Assembly: GCA_043823195.1 (NCBI GenBank)
Contig: JBDRAZ010000102.1
Location: 307-64,306 of the forward strand
Direction of reading: 5' to 3'
Source of the DNA: an archaeon
GTDB lineage: Archaea; Nanobdellota; Nanobdellia; Woesearchaeales; JBDRAZ01
Length of the DNA: 64,000 bases
Positions 50,311-59,347 of this stretch are shown piece by piece (position 1 is the first letter of the stretch; each line of letters opens with the position of its first letter). Position numbers and translations under genes: made by a program. The notes beneath the pieces were generated by a model. The model was not told the DNA's origin, did not search any database, and saw only the letters and a list, made by a program, of their open reading frames with translations.

Positions 50311-51819
50311 ATGAGAGACCTTGTTATTGGCCTGGATGTTGGGACGCATTCCACGAGAGTTGCAGTTTTCAGGAGAGACGGGGAGAGGCTTTACACTAAT
50401 GCCATAAATTACGATACCGAATATCCGCGGGAGCACTGGGCTGAACAGGATCCCGGGGACTGGCGGAATGCAATTGATGCTCTGATGTCCGATGTCAGAA
50501 GAGAGGTGCCTGCCAACGGCATAGAGGCCATTGCTCTTGACAGCACAACATGCACAGTCGTTGTTACGGATCGTGAGAATAATCCGATAGGAAAGGCTAT
50601 GCTGTGGGAGGACAGCAGGGTCCAGGAGGAGGCTGCTGAGATCAGGCAGATGGCTGCCTCAAACGGATTTGAAGGCTACGGATCAACGGTTCCTGAGCTT
50701 ATGCTCCCTAAGGCCCTGTGGCTTAAACACCACGATCAGAGGTATCAGAATGGACAAATCCTGGAAGGGCTGGACCACCTAAACTGGCAGCTGACCGGAA
50801 ACCGTGAAGCAGTCGGCAACCGGACACTCGCCATAAGGAAGTGGAACTATGATCTGGGCATCGGGGGATGGGACGATGGTCATCTTGAGAAATTCGGGCT
50901 CTCCGATGTTAAGGCAAGATGGCCTTCCAGATTTGCCGAGCCAGCAGAGGTCATCGGCACCCTCAGGCCTGAACTGCGGGCCAGATGGGGGCTGCCTGAG
51001 GCTAAGATCGTCGGAGGAACATTTGACAGCTACGCACACACGGTTGGCCTGGGTGCGGTTGAGGCTAACGGTGACGCAGCACTCATACTCGGCGGATCAA
51101 TTAACATCTATGCTGTTATCGGGAATGAGCCCAGCCATTACGGGACACTGACGCCATGCTATAATCCTGAGAAGAAAGACCTTTCAATGATCGGCAACGG
51201 AATAATAGCCGGGGGATTGTCATTGGATTGGTTCATTGACAATTTCTGCGAGCGAGAGAGGATTGAAGCTGAGAGAAGAGGCATCAAACCGCATGATATC
51301 CTGGATGAGATGATTGAGGGATTGCCACCCGGTTCAGGGGGCTTGGTCTTCACGCCATACCTGCAGGGCGGCTCAAGGGCCCATGGCGATCCTACAATGA
51401 GAGGAAGCTTTACCGGACTGTCCATCACAACAGGCAGGCCCAACATGTATAAGGCAATATATGAGGGTATCGCCTACAACCTTCGCTACATCCTTGAGGA
51501 CCTTACAAGCAAGGGAATTGAAATTAACCGGCTTGTTGCAGGGGGGGGCGGGGACAAGAAATCCTTTCTTAAGATTATTGCTGATGTTACCGGCATACCT
51601 ATCCAGCGGACAATGAACAATGAATCCGCGGCGCACGGAAGTGCAATGATTGCCGCGGTTGGGGCAGGGATGTACGGGAACCTGAGAGAGGCCAGAGACA
51701 ATATGCTACAACTGAACGGGACCGTAGTGCCAAGCATGGAAAACCATCAGCAATATGCGCCATTCTATCAGAAGTATCAGGAGCTCCATAACGGGGCCCT
51801 TAGTGCAGTCAGGAGCTAG
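50311..51819 (+). CDS. FGGY-family carbohydrate kinase (xylulokinase/glycerol-kinase-like)
   Basis: 'VIGLDVGTHSTRVAVF' and the C-terminal 'VAGGGGDKKSFLKIIADVTGIPI' FGGY signature. 502 aa. Confidence 0.85.
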   Translation: MRDLVIGLDVGTHSTRVAVFRRDGERLYTNAINYDTEYPREHWAEQDPGDWRNAIDALMSDVRREVPANGIEAIALDSTTCTVVVTDRENNPIGKAMLWEDSRVQEEAAEIRQMAASNGFEGYGSTVPELMLPKALWLKHHDQRYQNGQILEGLDHLNWQLTGNREAVGNRTLAIRKWNYDLGIGGWDDGHLEKFGLSDVKARWPSRFAEPAEVIGTLRPELRARWGLPEAKIVGGTFDSYAHTVGLGAVEANGDAALILGGSINIYAVIGNEPSHYGTLTPCYNPEKKDLSMIGNGIIAGGLSLDWFIDNFCERERIEAERRGIKPHDILDEMIEGLPPGSGGLVFTPYLQGGSRAHGDPTMRGSFTGLSITTGRPNMYKAIYEGIAYNLRYILEDLTSKGIEINRLVAGGGGDKKSFLKIIADVTGIPIQRTMNNESAAHGSAMIAAVGAGMYGNLREARDNMLQLNGTVVPSMENHQQYAPFYQKYQELHNGALSAVRS

Positions 51820-51926
51820 TTCTGTAGTGCAGTATATCCATGATATATTGAGATATAGCCAAATATATTCATTATGGAATAATTATATATATCCCGTGAA
51901 CACTAAGCCCTAGAGACGTGATTGTC

Positions 51927-52802
51927 ATGAAACGCAGGGTAATTAAGCAGGGAAATAACACGCTGACTGTAACGCTGCCAAAATCATGGACAGAGGAGAA
52001 CGGCGTAAAGCCGGGGCAGGATATCGAGCTGGAAATAAAAGGGAATTCGGTTGTCCTATCAACATCCAGCTTAAGGGACGGTGAAAAAAAGGAGATCGAC
52101 ATCAGTGAGCTAAAATCGATACTACCAATGCTTCTTCTGTCATTATACAGAAAGGGATATGACGAGCTGAGGCTAAGCTTTGATGATGCAGGGGTGCTTG
52201 TGGCACTGGAGGGAATCCTTTTGACAACCGGGTTTACCCTGGTTGAGCATAGCAGCCGGCACTGCGTTGTAAGGGCACTGGCAGATGCAGACAACATGCA
52301 ATTCAGCGAGATGGTAAGAAAGCTAATACTCCTGGTCAAGCTCAAGCTCGATAACCTGGCAGAGGGCCTGAAAGGACGCAGCCATAGGCTGGAAAGCATG
52401 ATCGGGCTAAACCAGGTGCCGACACTGACCAACTTCTGCCACAGGCTCATGGCGAAACACAGGCGGGATGATGTTTTACATATGCATACATTGATTTCCA
52501 GTGTTGAGAGCCTGGACAGGCAGATCAGGCTGCTGACGGAAATTCTGATGGATAACAGATGCCAAGTGTCAGGAGAGGCTGACCAGATGCTGCAGGAGTT
52601 TGCCATGCTATTCTCTGAATTCTATTCAGGATTCCTTAGCGCAACGCTGGAGGCAATTGCACCAATCATGCTAAAAAAAAGGCTTGTCGAGGAAAGGCTT
52701 TCGCATCTCTACGGGACCGACCACTCCCTTTTGATCGGCCTTTCCAACAGCATGGTTTATTTTGATGCCATGGTCAATTCTGCGCTGCTGATGGTTGTGT
52801 GA
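51927..52802 (+). CDS. AbrB/SpoVT-PhoU fusion regulator, paralog 3
   Basis: 'MKRRVIKQGNNTLTVTLPKSWTEENGVKPGQDIEL'. I chose ATG 51927 by alignment with the paralogs; the listed start at 51918 is GTG. Confidence 0.7.
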   Translation: MKRRVIKQGNNTLTVTLPKSWTEENGVKPGQDIELEIKGNSVVLSTSSLRDGEKKEIDISELKSILPMLLLSLYRKGYDELRLSFDDAGVLVALEGILLTTGFTLVEHSSRHCVVRALADADNMQFSEMVRKLILLVKLKLDNLAEGLKGRSHRLESMIGLNQVPTLTNFCHRLMAKHRRDDVLHMHTLISSVESLDRQIRLLTEILMDNRCQVSGEADQMLQEFAMLFSEFYSGFLSATLEAIAPIMLKKRLVEERLSHLYGTDHSLLIGLSNSMVYFDAMVNSALLMVV

Positions 52803-53027
52803 TCCGTAGCTACTTTCTTACGCAAATAATAGTATTAATTACTGAAGATATATTTTTCGTATTCTCAATATTATTTATCCGCCAAGTGGTGAACACTAGT
52901 ATGATATACCTCACTATCGCGCTATTGTATCAATAGTCAAAAAGAATATATGACCCGTGATTAATACCAACTGCATTCCATTTTTTGGTTTTTTTCTGAT
53001 GAGATTATGGATGATGCTTAACCTAGC

Positions 53028-53492
53028 GTGAGCCATATGGTATCAAAAAAAGATATTGAAATCATTGCGCACCTGCGCAGGGATGGAAGGAAAAAGATCA
53101 CGGATATTGCAAAGGATACAGGGATCCCGGTAACAACAATTTATGATCGCGTGAGGTCACACAAAAAGAGGTTTGTGAAGAAGCATACGGCGCTGCTGGA
53201 TTTCGAGATGCTTGGGCTCCTTTCAAAAGCGCACCTGGCCATTAAGGCGGATCGAGATTCCAGGCTGGAACTTCAGATGTTCATGCAGGATACACCCAAT
53301 GTGAATTCGCTCTACAGGGTGAACCTAGGATATGATTACATTGCAGAAACTGTGTTTAGGAATATGGCTGAGCTGCATAACTTTGCAGAACAGCTTGAGC
53401 GGGATTTCAAATGCAGAGTTGAAGTGTTCAATGTTGTTGAGGAGCTGAAAAGAGAGGATTTTTTGACAGAACCCGGACATCTGGATATGTAG
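53028..53492 (+). CDS. Lrp/AsnC-family transcriptional regulator
   Basis: 'DIEIIAHLRRDGRKKITDIAKDTGIPVTTIYDRVR' HTH plus a RAM-like C-domain. ATG 53037 is the probable start; 53028 is GTG. Confidence 0.8.
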   Translation: MSHMVSKKDIEIIAHLRRDGRKKITDIAKDTGIPVTTIYDRVRSHKKRFVKKHTALLDFEMLGLLSKAHLAIKADRDSRLELQMFMQDTPNVNSLYRVNLGYDYIAETVFRNMAELHNFAEQLERDFKCRVEVFNVVEELKREDFLTEPGHLDM

Positions 53493-53532
53493 GGGGATTT
53501 CGAGTGAGCTAACCTAGCGATAGCTATGAGGT

Positions 53533-54594
53533 ATGAGAATGAAAGAGATACAAGTCGGTGTTGTCGGATATGGAACAATAGGAAAGCGAGTGGCTGATGC
53601 AGTCAATGCCCAGGAAGACATGAAGCTTGTTGGTGTTGCAGATGTAAAGCCAGGCAGGCTGCTGTCTGTTGCCCTGCTGCGGGATTATGCCGTGTTCGCA
53701 CCTAAGGAAGTCCGGCGTTCAATGGCATCTCATGGAATTGATATTGCAGGCACCGTTGATGATCTGCTTGCGCAGGTTGATGTTGTTGTTGATGCCGCCC
53801 CAAAGGGCATTACTGCCTCCAACATTCCAAGGTATGAGGAGCATGGCATCAAGTATATCATTGAGGGCGGAGAGAAGCATTCCCTGGCCGGAAGGTCATT
53901 CAGCACATTTGGCAACTATGCAGAGAACATTGGGAAGGACAAGACAAGAGTTGTGTCCTGCAATACAACAGGCCTCACCAGGATATACCGGGCAATTGAC
54001 ACTGCCTTTGGCGTTGAGCATATCGGGGTGTACCTGGTCAGGAGGGGCTCAGACCCTGTAAACGGCGACAAGGGCCCAAGCAATGCTGTTGTCCCGGTGC
54101 TTGGTGAGTCACACCACTATCATGACCTTGTCACAGTGATTCCGGGAATTGCACCGGGGTGCTCCATGGCTGTTGCAGATCCGCACACCCTGAGCCATGT
54201 CCACATGCTTGATCTTACTTTGTCAAGAGAACCGACGAGAGAGGATGTGTACGCTGCACTTGATGGGTTTCCGAGAATCCGGACCGTTGATGGCGAGGCC
54301 GACGGAATGGGCGACACTGCAAAAATAGCTGAGTTCTATCAGGACATAGGGAGATTAAGGGGGGACCATCCCGAAGTTACGGCCTGGAAGGAGGGGGTGA
54401 TTGTCGAGGGCAAGAGGATGCGAATGCCCTATGACGTGCACATGGTCAGCATACCAATTCCAGAGAATGTTGATGCCATTCGCGCGCTTGCCGGAAATGC
54501 CGGTGCGTGGGAGTCTGCCAAAATGACTGACAGGGCCCTGGACAAATTCCTCCCCATGTTTTCAAAGCCAGACCTGGCATACTGGGGCAGATAA
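53533..54594 (+). CDS. gap: Archaeal-type (class II) glyceraldehyde-3-phosphate dehydrogenase
   Basis: 'VGVVGYGTIGKRVADAV' and catalytic 'VVSCNTTGLTR'. ~350 aa. ATG 53539 sits 6 nt after GAGGT and may be the true start. Confidence 0.85.
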   Translation: MRMKEIQVGVVGYGTIGKRVADAVNAQEDMKLVGVADVKPGRLLSVALLRDYAVFAPKEVRRSMASHGIDIAGTVDDLLAQVDVVVDAAPKGITASNIPRYEEHGIKYIIEGGEKHSLAGRSFSTFGNYAENIGKDKTRVVSCNTTGLTRIYRAIDTAFGVEHIGVYLVRRGSDPVNGDKGPSNAVVPVLGESHHYHDLVTVIPGIAPGCSMAVADPHTLSHVHMLDLTLSREPTREDVYAALDGFPRIRTVDGEADGMGDTAKIAEFYQDIGRLRGDHPEVTAWKEGVIVEGKRMRMPYDVHMVSIPIPENVDAIRALAGNAGAWESAKMTDRALDKFLPMFSKPDLAYWGR

Positions 54595-54596
54595 GA

Positions 54597-55991
54597 ATGG
54601 CCACTGAACAGATTACGCTAGCCGAAGTGCTCTTTTTCATTGAGAATGAGCTTCCAAACCCTATTGTCCAGATTGGCTATCCCAACCTTGACCTTGAGAC
54701 AAGGCTGGATGAAGCAACCATAACGGGCAATCCCGGATTCTTTGATGTAAGGGACAACAACCTTGTTGTAAGGGGCGGACAGAACCTGTGGCTCAGGGCC
54801 AGCAGGGATTATGCCGCGATAACCGCGTTTTCAGATATAATGCCCAGCGGGGGCGATTATACCATCCCCGCCGGAAAGAAGGTTAGCTTTGACAACCGGA
54901 TATGGGACGCGCCCTCAAGACCGCCCGGCTCAATCGAGCTCAGATGTTCTGAACGGTGGGGCGGAGGAATGATGCAGGCTGAACGTGCGATTAGTGAAAT
55001 GCTTTCTGATTTCAGGAGGGATTATACCGCGCAGTTCCTGTACCATCACTCGGCAGTCGGCCCGGCCGAGGCAGGCATGAACAAATACCTGAGGTCACTG
55101 GGCATTACACCGGCAACCTATGTGAAACGGGACCTGGACCCCAGGGTTAATGTTGTGGTGATGTCAGCAAGGGGTCCTGACGGCTATGTAGAAGATAAGG
55201 TCATAGGCAAACACCCCTTCCAGGCCTATAACATAGAAGAAGAAGAGTTCCACGCCATGATGGACGGGGCGTTTAGGGGAAAGACGGGAACATTATTCGA
55301 CAACGGCGTTAAGTACGATTTTGAGATTGCCCATGCAGTATCGTATGCCTTGGAGCATGGGCTTCACATGGTGAGCGTCATATCGGACTCAACAGCAAAG
55401 CACAAAAAACTTGTAAGGGAAAGGCTGATTCCCAACTCGACATATCTTGGCAATGAAGAAGAAATCGGAGTAATTACGGGTGCAACCACTGTTGAACGAT
55501 ATAAGCACGAGAAGAAAATCAACCTTGGAGGCTGTCTTGATGCCATATGCACACTGCGTGAATGGCAGGGCGATACTCCGCAAAACATGTACCCCACCCT
55601 TGGCGAGCTGGGGAGCATCAGCGTTGACAGAGACGGAGATATAACCTGGATGTCAGGTTATGGAAGTGCGTATTTGGGAAGGGAACCCAATACAAATGGT
55701 TTTGGCGACACATTTGCGGCGACTGTTGCGCTGATGGAAAACCTCGGTACAGCCGGTTATCACTTTTCTGCTGCCGAAATTCAAAAGGTCGCAACAGCCG
55801 TGGTAGGTTCAAAGAAACGGTCCAGGTGCAATCAAATTGATGCAAAGGACGTTGATGATCTGATCACGAACAACGAGATCAAGATCGTTAAACTGGGGAG
55901 GATAGAGTATAATCCTGTAACGCACTCTGCTGTTATTGATGCCGACCAGCCTGGCCTTGGCAGGGTAAAGGCATACTTCGACTCATTTTAG
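54597..55991 (+). CDS. Ribokinase-superfamily (PfkB/ADP-dependent-kinase-like) sugar kinase, divergent
   Basis: 'RWGGGMMQAERA' (GG-lid-like), 'YLGNEEEIGVI' (NExE) and 'TNGFGDTFAATVAL' (GxGD anion hole). The 464-aa length is similar to archaeal ADP-dependent kinases. Confidence 0.45.
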   Translation: MATEQITLAEVLFFIENELPNPIVQIGYPNLDLETRLDEATITGNPGFFDVRDNNLVVRGGQNLWLRASRDYAAITAFSDIMPSGGDYTIPAGKKVSFDNRIWDAPSRPPGSIELRCSERWGGGMMQAERAISEMLSDFRRDYTAQFLYHHSAVGPAEAGMNKYLRSLGITPATYVKRDLDPRVNVVVMSARGPDGYVEDKVIGKHPFQAYNIEEEEFHAMMDGAFRGKTGTLFDNGVKYDFEIAHAVSYALEHGLHMVSVISDSTAKHKKLVRERLIPNSTYLGNEEEIGVITGATTVERYKHEKKINLGGCLDAICTLREWQGDTPQNMYPTLGELGSISVDRDGDITWMSGYGSAYLGREPNTNGFGDTFAATVALMENLGTAGYHFSAAEIQKVATAVVGSKKRSRCNQIDAKDVDDLITNNEIKIVKLGRIEYNPVTHSAVIDADQPGLGRVKAYFDSF

Positions 55992-55995
55992 GTGA

Positions 55996-57108
55996 TTGAC
56001 CATTCAAGCTAGCGAGAGCTCTATTCAAGTGGGCATAGCGGAACCCACAGTAAAATGCGGCTATGGGCCGAGATCGCACTACAATTCACTGGCCAGGAGC
56101 TTTGAGCTTGAAGGCCACAGGGTTGTCAGAGCGGAACCGGCTGAGCTGTATTCTGCAGACCTGGACATACTTGTGGGTGTTGAGTTTGATTTTGAGGGCA
56201 TGCCGAAGAGGTATCGCGGAAGGGCCTACACAACCGATGTCTGCGTTCTGGGAAGATGCGCATGCCGCGGATATATATCTTCTAAGGATGATGCTGGAAA
56301 ATTTATTTTTGGTGCAGCGCCTGATAGGCGAGGCCAACAAACCGATATGAGCGGTGTCAAGGTTATCGGGTATTACTCTGACGAAGAAGGGATCCTTACG
56401 GCAATGGATCTCCTGGAAAATGATGACGATGACCACTCGTATGAGCGTGACAGGTTCAGGGACTATTGCGATAACCTGCACGCGGTTGTAGACTTCACAG
56501 TTGAAAAGGACAGGAGGGCGGTTCTTGACGCCATAGCCGATGAAGGAAATGCGACAGAGGGGGTAAGCATCCTCCTGGGTGGTGCTCCGCCTATGTTTTT
56601 GGGAGACCTGGTAAGAGAGGGAGCCAAGCTTACGGGACGGTTTAGGGAAATGGGCCTTCGGGCCACTCTCTTTGTTGGCAATGCGCCTGAGGAAATGCGA
56701 AGAGACCTTGATGAACTGGGTGATTCAGTAAGATACCTGATGCCATATGATGAGTACATGCACGAGGTTCTGTCAGCTGATGTCATCATCACAAAGCCCG
56801 GCTGGAACACCATCTCTGATTTGATTTACTATGCGCAGATCTCTTCCCGGAGCCCGCACTACATCCTAATGTCTGACTGGCGGTCCATTCCGGAACTGAT
56901 TGCTCAGAACGTGCTAGAGCGCAGGGGATTCACACTTGAACGTGAGTTCAACAGGATTGAGCAGATCAGTGAGATGATGCAAGAGTTACAGGGCGGGGGA
57001 CTCAAGTCGGCAAAAGATCATACCCGTGAACTTGCGAGAAGCATTGGGATAAGGAGTGTTGTGGAGATAATTCTTGCAGACTATGAAAATGCCGGGGGGT
57101 TAACATGA
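55996..57108 (+). CDS. Hypothetical protein with GT-B/GT28-C-terminal-like segment
   Basis: 'ADVIITKPGWNTISDLIYYA' resembles the MurG/MGDG-synthase-type 'vitKaG..t..E' motif. TTG start. Otherwise unrecognised. Confidence 0.35.
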   Translation: MTIQASESSIQVGIAEPTVKCGYGPRSHYNSLARSFELEGHRVVRAEPAELYSADLDILVGVEFDFEGMPKRYRGRAYTTDVCVLGRCACRGYISSKDDAGKFIFGAAPDRRGQQTDMSGVKVIGYYSDEEGILTAMDLLENDDDDHSYERDRFRDYCDNLHAVVDFTVEKDRRAVLDAIADEGNATEGVSILLGGAPPMFLGDLVREGAKLTGRFREMGLRATLFVGNAPEEMRRDLDELGDSVRYLMPYDEYMHEVLSADVIITKPGWNTISDLIYYAQISSRSPHYILMSDWRSIPELIAQNVLERRGFTLEREFNRIEQISEMMQELQGGGLKSAKDHTRELARSIGIRSVVEIILADYENAGGLT

Positions 57109-58025
57109 AAGTCGTAGTTACGGGCGGAACCGGGGCAGTTGGAGGAGCATACTGCAGGGCGCTTGTCCCTGCAGGATATGATGTTAAAGTTGTTAGCAGC
57201 AGGGCAGAGGGCAAGGTTAAGGTCTTTGAAAGCCTGGGGCCCGATTGGGAAAGGACGCCCCAGAGTGTTGAGGATGCTTTGCTGGGGAATACCCGGATTG
57301 ATCCGCTGACTGACCTGGGGGATTATGTGAAATCTCTGCCCTTTGAGCAGTTTGATCTTTCCGATAGGAACAGCTGGACACACAATCCGTTTGAGAAGGC
57401 AGATGCTGTTGTGCTCACATCCGGCAACGGCGATCCGGACCAGGGCATCGAGTCAGCGCAGCGGAACCATGCAATCGATGCCAATTCAATTGATGCGGCT
57501 GTTGAGGCAGGAGTTAAGGTTGTGATCTATACATCTTCAAACTGGAGGACGATGGCGCTTGTAGGCAAGAAGCTCATTAATGCTGAGACTGATGAGGCGC
57601 CACCAAGGTTTGTGCACTATGCCCTGGCCAAGGCGCAGTCTGTCAGGCATCTCAAGGATGCTGCAAGCCATAACAGGGACATCTTGTTTGTATACAATGA
57701 CCACTGCTGGTATCCGAGGGAAACATTCGGGTGTCCTCCATCCAACATTGCAGGGGCGGCGCTGCAGTACTGGGTAGCTGAGTGCGAGACACAGATGCAT
57801 GTGCTGAAGCAGCTGCAGCTTGGCGATAACCCGGATTTTAAGGACAGGAACTGGCACGGGTTTACTGTTGTATCGGACAACAGGACAAACAGGCCTGGCC
57901 AGCCCAAGTTCAGCTATGACATCTCAAATTCTGCAAGGCTGGGGGTTGTGCATGAGTTCAATGTGTATGATGCTCTTACAAACAGGGATTACTCCTGGCG
58001 GAGGATCCCGGTGGTGATGAAATGA
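57105..58025 (+). CDS. NAD(P)-dependent epimerase/dehydratase (extended SDR)
   Basis: 'MKVVVTGGTGAVGGAY' (GxxGxxG) and 'YALAKAQ' (YxxxK). ATGA overlap with the upstream gene. Confidence 0.75.
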   Translation: MKVVVTGGTGAVGGAYCRALVPAGYDVKVVSSRAEGKVKVFESLGPDWERTPQSVEDALLGNTRIDPLTDLGDYVKSLPFEQFDLSDRNSWTHNPFEKADAVVLTSGNGDPDQGIESAQRNHAIDANSIDAAVEAGVKVVIYTSSNWRTMALVGKKLINAETDEAPPRFVHYALAKAQSVRHLKDAASHNRDILFVYNDHCWYPRETFGCPPSNIAGAALQYWVAECETQMHVLKQLQLGDNPDFKDRNWHGFTVVSDNRTNRPGQPKFSYDISNSARLGVVHEFNVYDALTNRDYSWRRIPVVMK

Positions 58026-58516
58026 GCCTGATCTCGCGGGAAAGGGACGGGTGCGCTGTATCTGAGCTGGCGCTGGAAAAAGACCTGTCGAAGCAGTGGG
58101 GCGGGTATGTGACTTTTGCCAGAAACGAAAGGTGCACATCCAAGATCCTGATACTTGAGGGTGAGCTTTCTGTGCAGTCGCATTCGGAACGGGACGAGCT
58201 GTGGTATATTGTTGAAGGGAATGCCATGGTGTACAGGGGAGATGTTGGGAGGACACCGGAATCAACGGTTGCGAGACTTGAGGGGCAGCTTGTGCAGCCG
58301 GGTGATTCGGTCTATATCCAAAAGGGCACTGTGCACACAGCAGTCAATAAGACGGCCAATCCTACCGTCATTGCGGAGGTTTCATTCGGCATGGCTGATG
58401 AGGATGACATTGTCAGGTACTATGATGCAAGCGGGAGGGTATCCCTTCCCGGGCTGCCGGCCGGCATCAGTGTTGAGGAGATGATACCGCTATGCAGGAA
58501 GGCGGTTGGGAGATAG
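58022..58516 (+). CDS. Cupin-fold type II phosphomannose-isomerase-like protein
   Basis: 'KQWGGYVTF...SKILILEGELSVQSHSERDELWYIVEGNAMV' matches the PMI type 2 cupin pattern (RPWG.y...K.i.v.pG..lSlQ.H..R.E.W.vv.G). Confidence 0.7.
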   Translation: MSLISRERDGCAVSELALEKDLSKQWGGYVTFARNERCTSKILILEGELSVQSHSERDELWYIVEGNAMVYRGDVGRTPESTVARLEGQLVQPGDSVYIQKGTVHTAVNKTANPTVIAEVSFGMADEDDIVRYYDASGRVSLPGLPAGISVEEMIPLCRKAVGR

Positions 58517-58551
58517 CATCATATTGAGATAGATATATATACTAAGGACAT

Positions 58552-59319
58552 ATGAAGTCACTCATGCTAGCATCAGCCAAATTAGCTGCAAAACAGGCGG
58601 GAAAAATCCTGTTTGACTATTTCAAGACAGAAATTGAAATAAGACAGAAAGGGGAGGACGACCTTGTAACTGATGTTGACTTTATTGCTGAGAAAAAAAT
58701 CATGTCAACTCTGAAGAGAATATATCCAACCCACTCATTTTATGGCGAGGAGTCCGGGACTGACAAACGGAAATCCCAATACATGTGGGTTATAGACGCA
58801 CTGGACGGCACAATCAACTTTACCAGGGATCTGAATCCTTTTTGCGTCTCAATAGGCCTATTAAAAAATGGGCAACCGCATATCGGGGTGGTATTCGACC
58901 CGATACACAATGAGATGTTCTTTGCTCAGAAGGGCAAGGGAGCTTATCTGAACGGAAAGAAGATACACGTATCTGGCAGACAGGAGCTGGCCAGTTCAAT
59001 TCTGGTCGCTGATCTCACAACGAAAAAGGATTTTCATGAGCACTTCTTTGACGTGATGAAGAAAATTTCCAAAAGTGTTCTTGGCATAAGGATAACACAT
59101 TGCACGTCTCTTAACCTTGCGCGTCTTGCCGTAGGAAGGTTTGACATATACATTAAGAACAGGTTTGAGTTCAAGGAATTAGTGGCCGGAGCCTGCATAA
59201 TCCGGGAAGCTGGAGGTAGGCTGACTGATTTCAACAATCGGCGCATATCCCGGAATATGAAGAGCCTCATTGCCAGCAATACTGTCCTGCATAAGGGTGT
59301 GCTCCGACTGATTAAATAG
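58552..59319 (+). CDS. Inositol-monophosphatase family protein (archaeal IMPase/FBPase type)
   Basis: 'FYGEESG', 'WVIDALDGTINF' and 'ACIIREAGG'. 255 aa. Confidence 0.8.
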   Translation: MKSLMLASAKLAAKQAGKILFDYFKTEIEIRQKGEDDLVTDVDFIAEKKIMSTLKRIYPTHSFYGEESGTDKRKSQYMWVIDALDGTINFTRDLNPFCVSIGLLKNGQPHIGVVFDPIHNEMFFAQKGKGAYLNGKKIHVSGRQELASSILVADLTTKKDFHEHFFDVMKKISKSVLGIRITHCTSLNLARLAVGRFDIYIKNRFEFKELVAGACIIREAGGRLTDFNNRRISRNMKSLIASNTVLHKGVLRLIK

Positions 59320-59347
59320 AACTCTTCATATGATGTGAAAGAATTGC

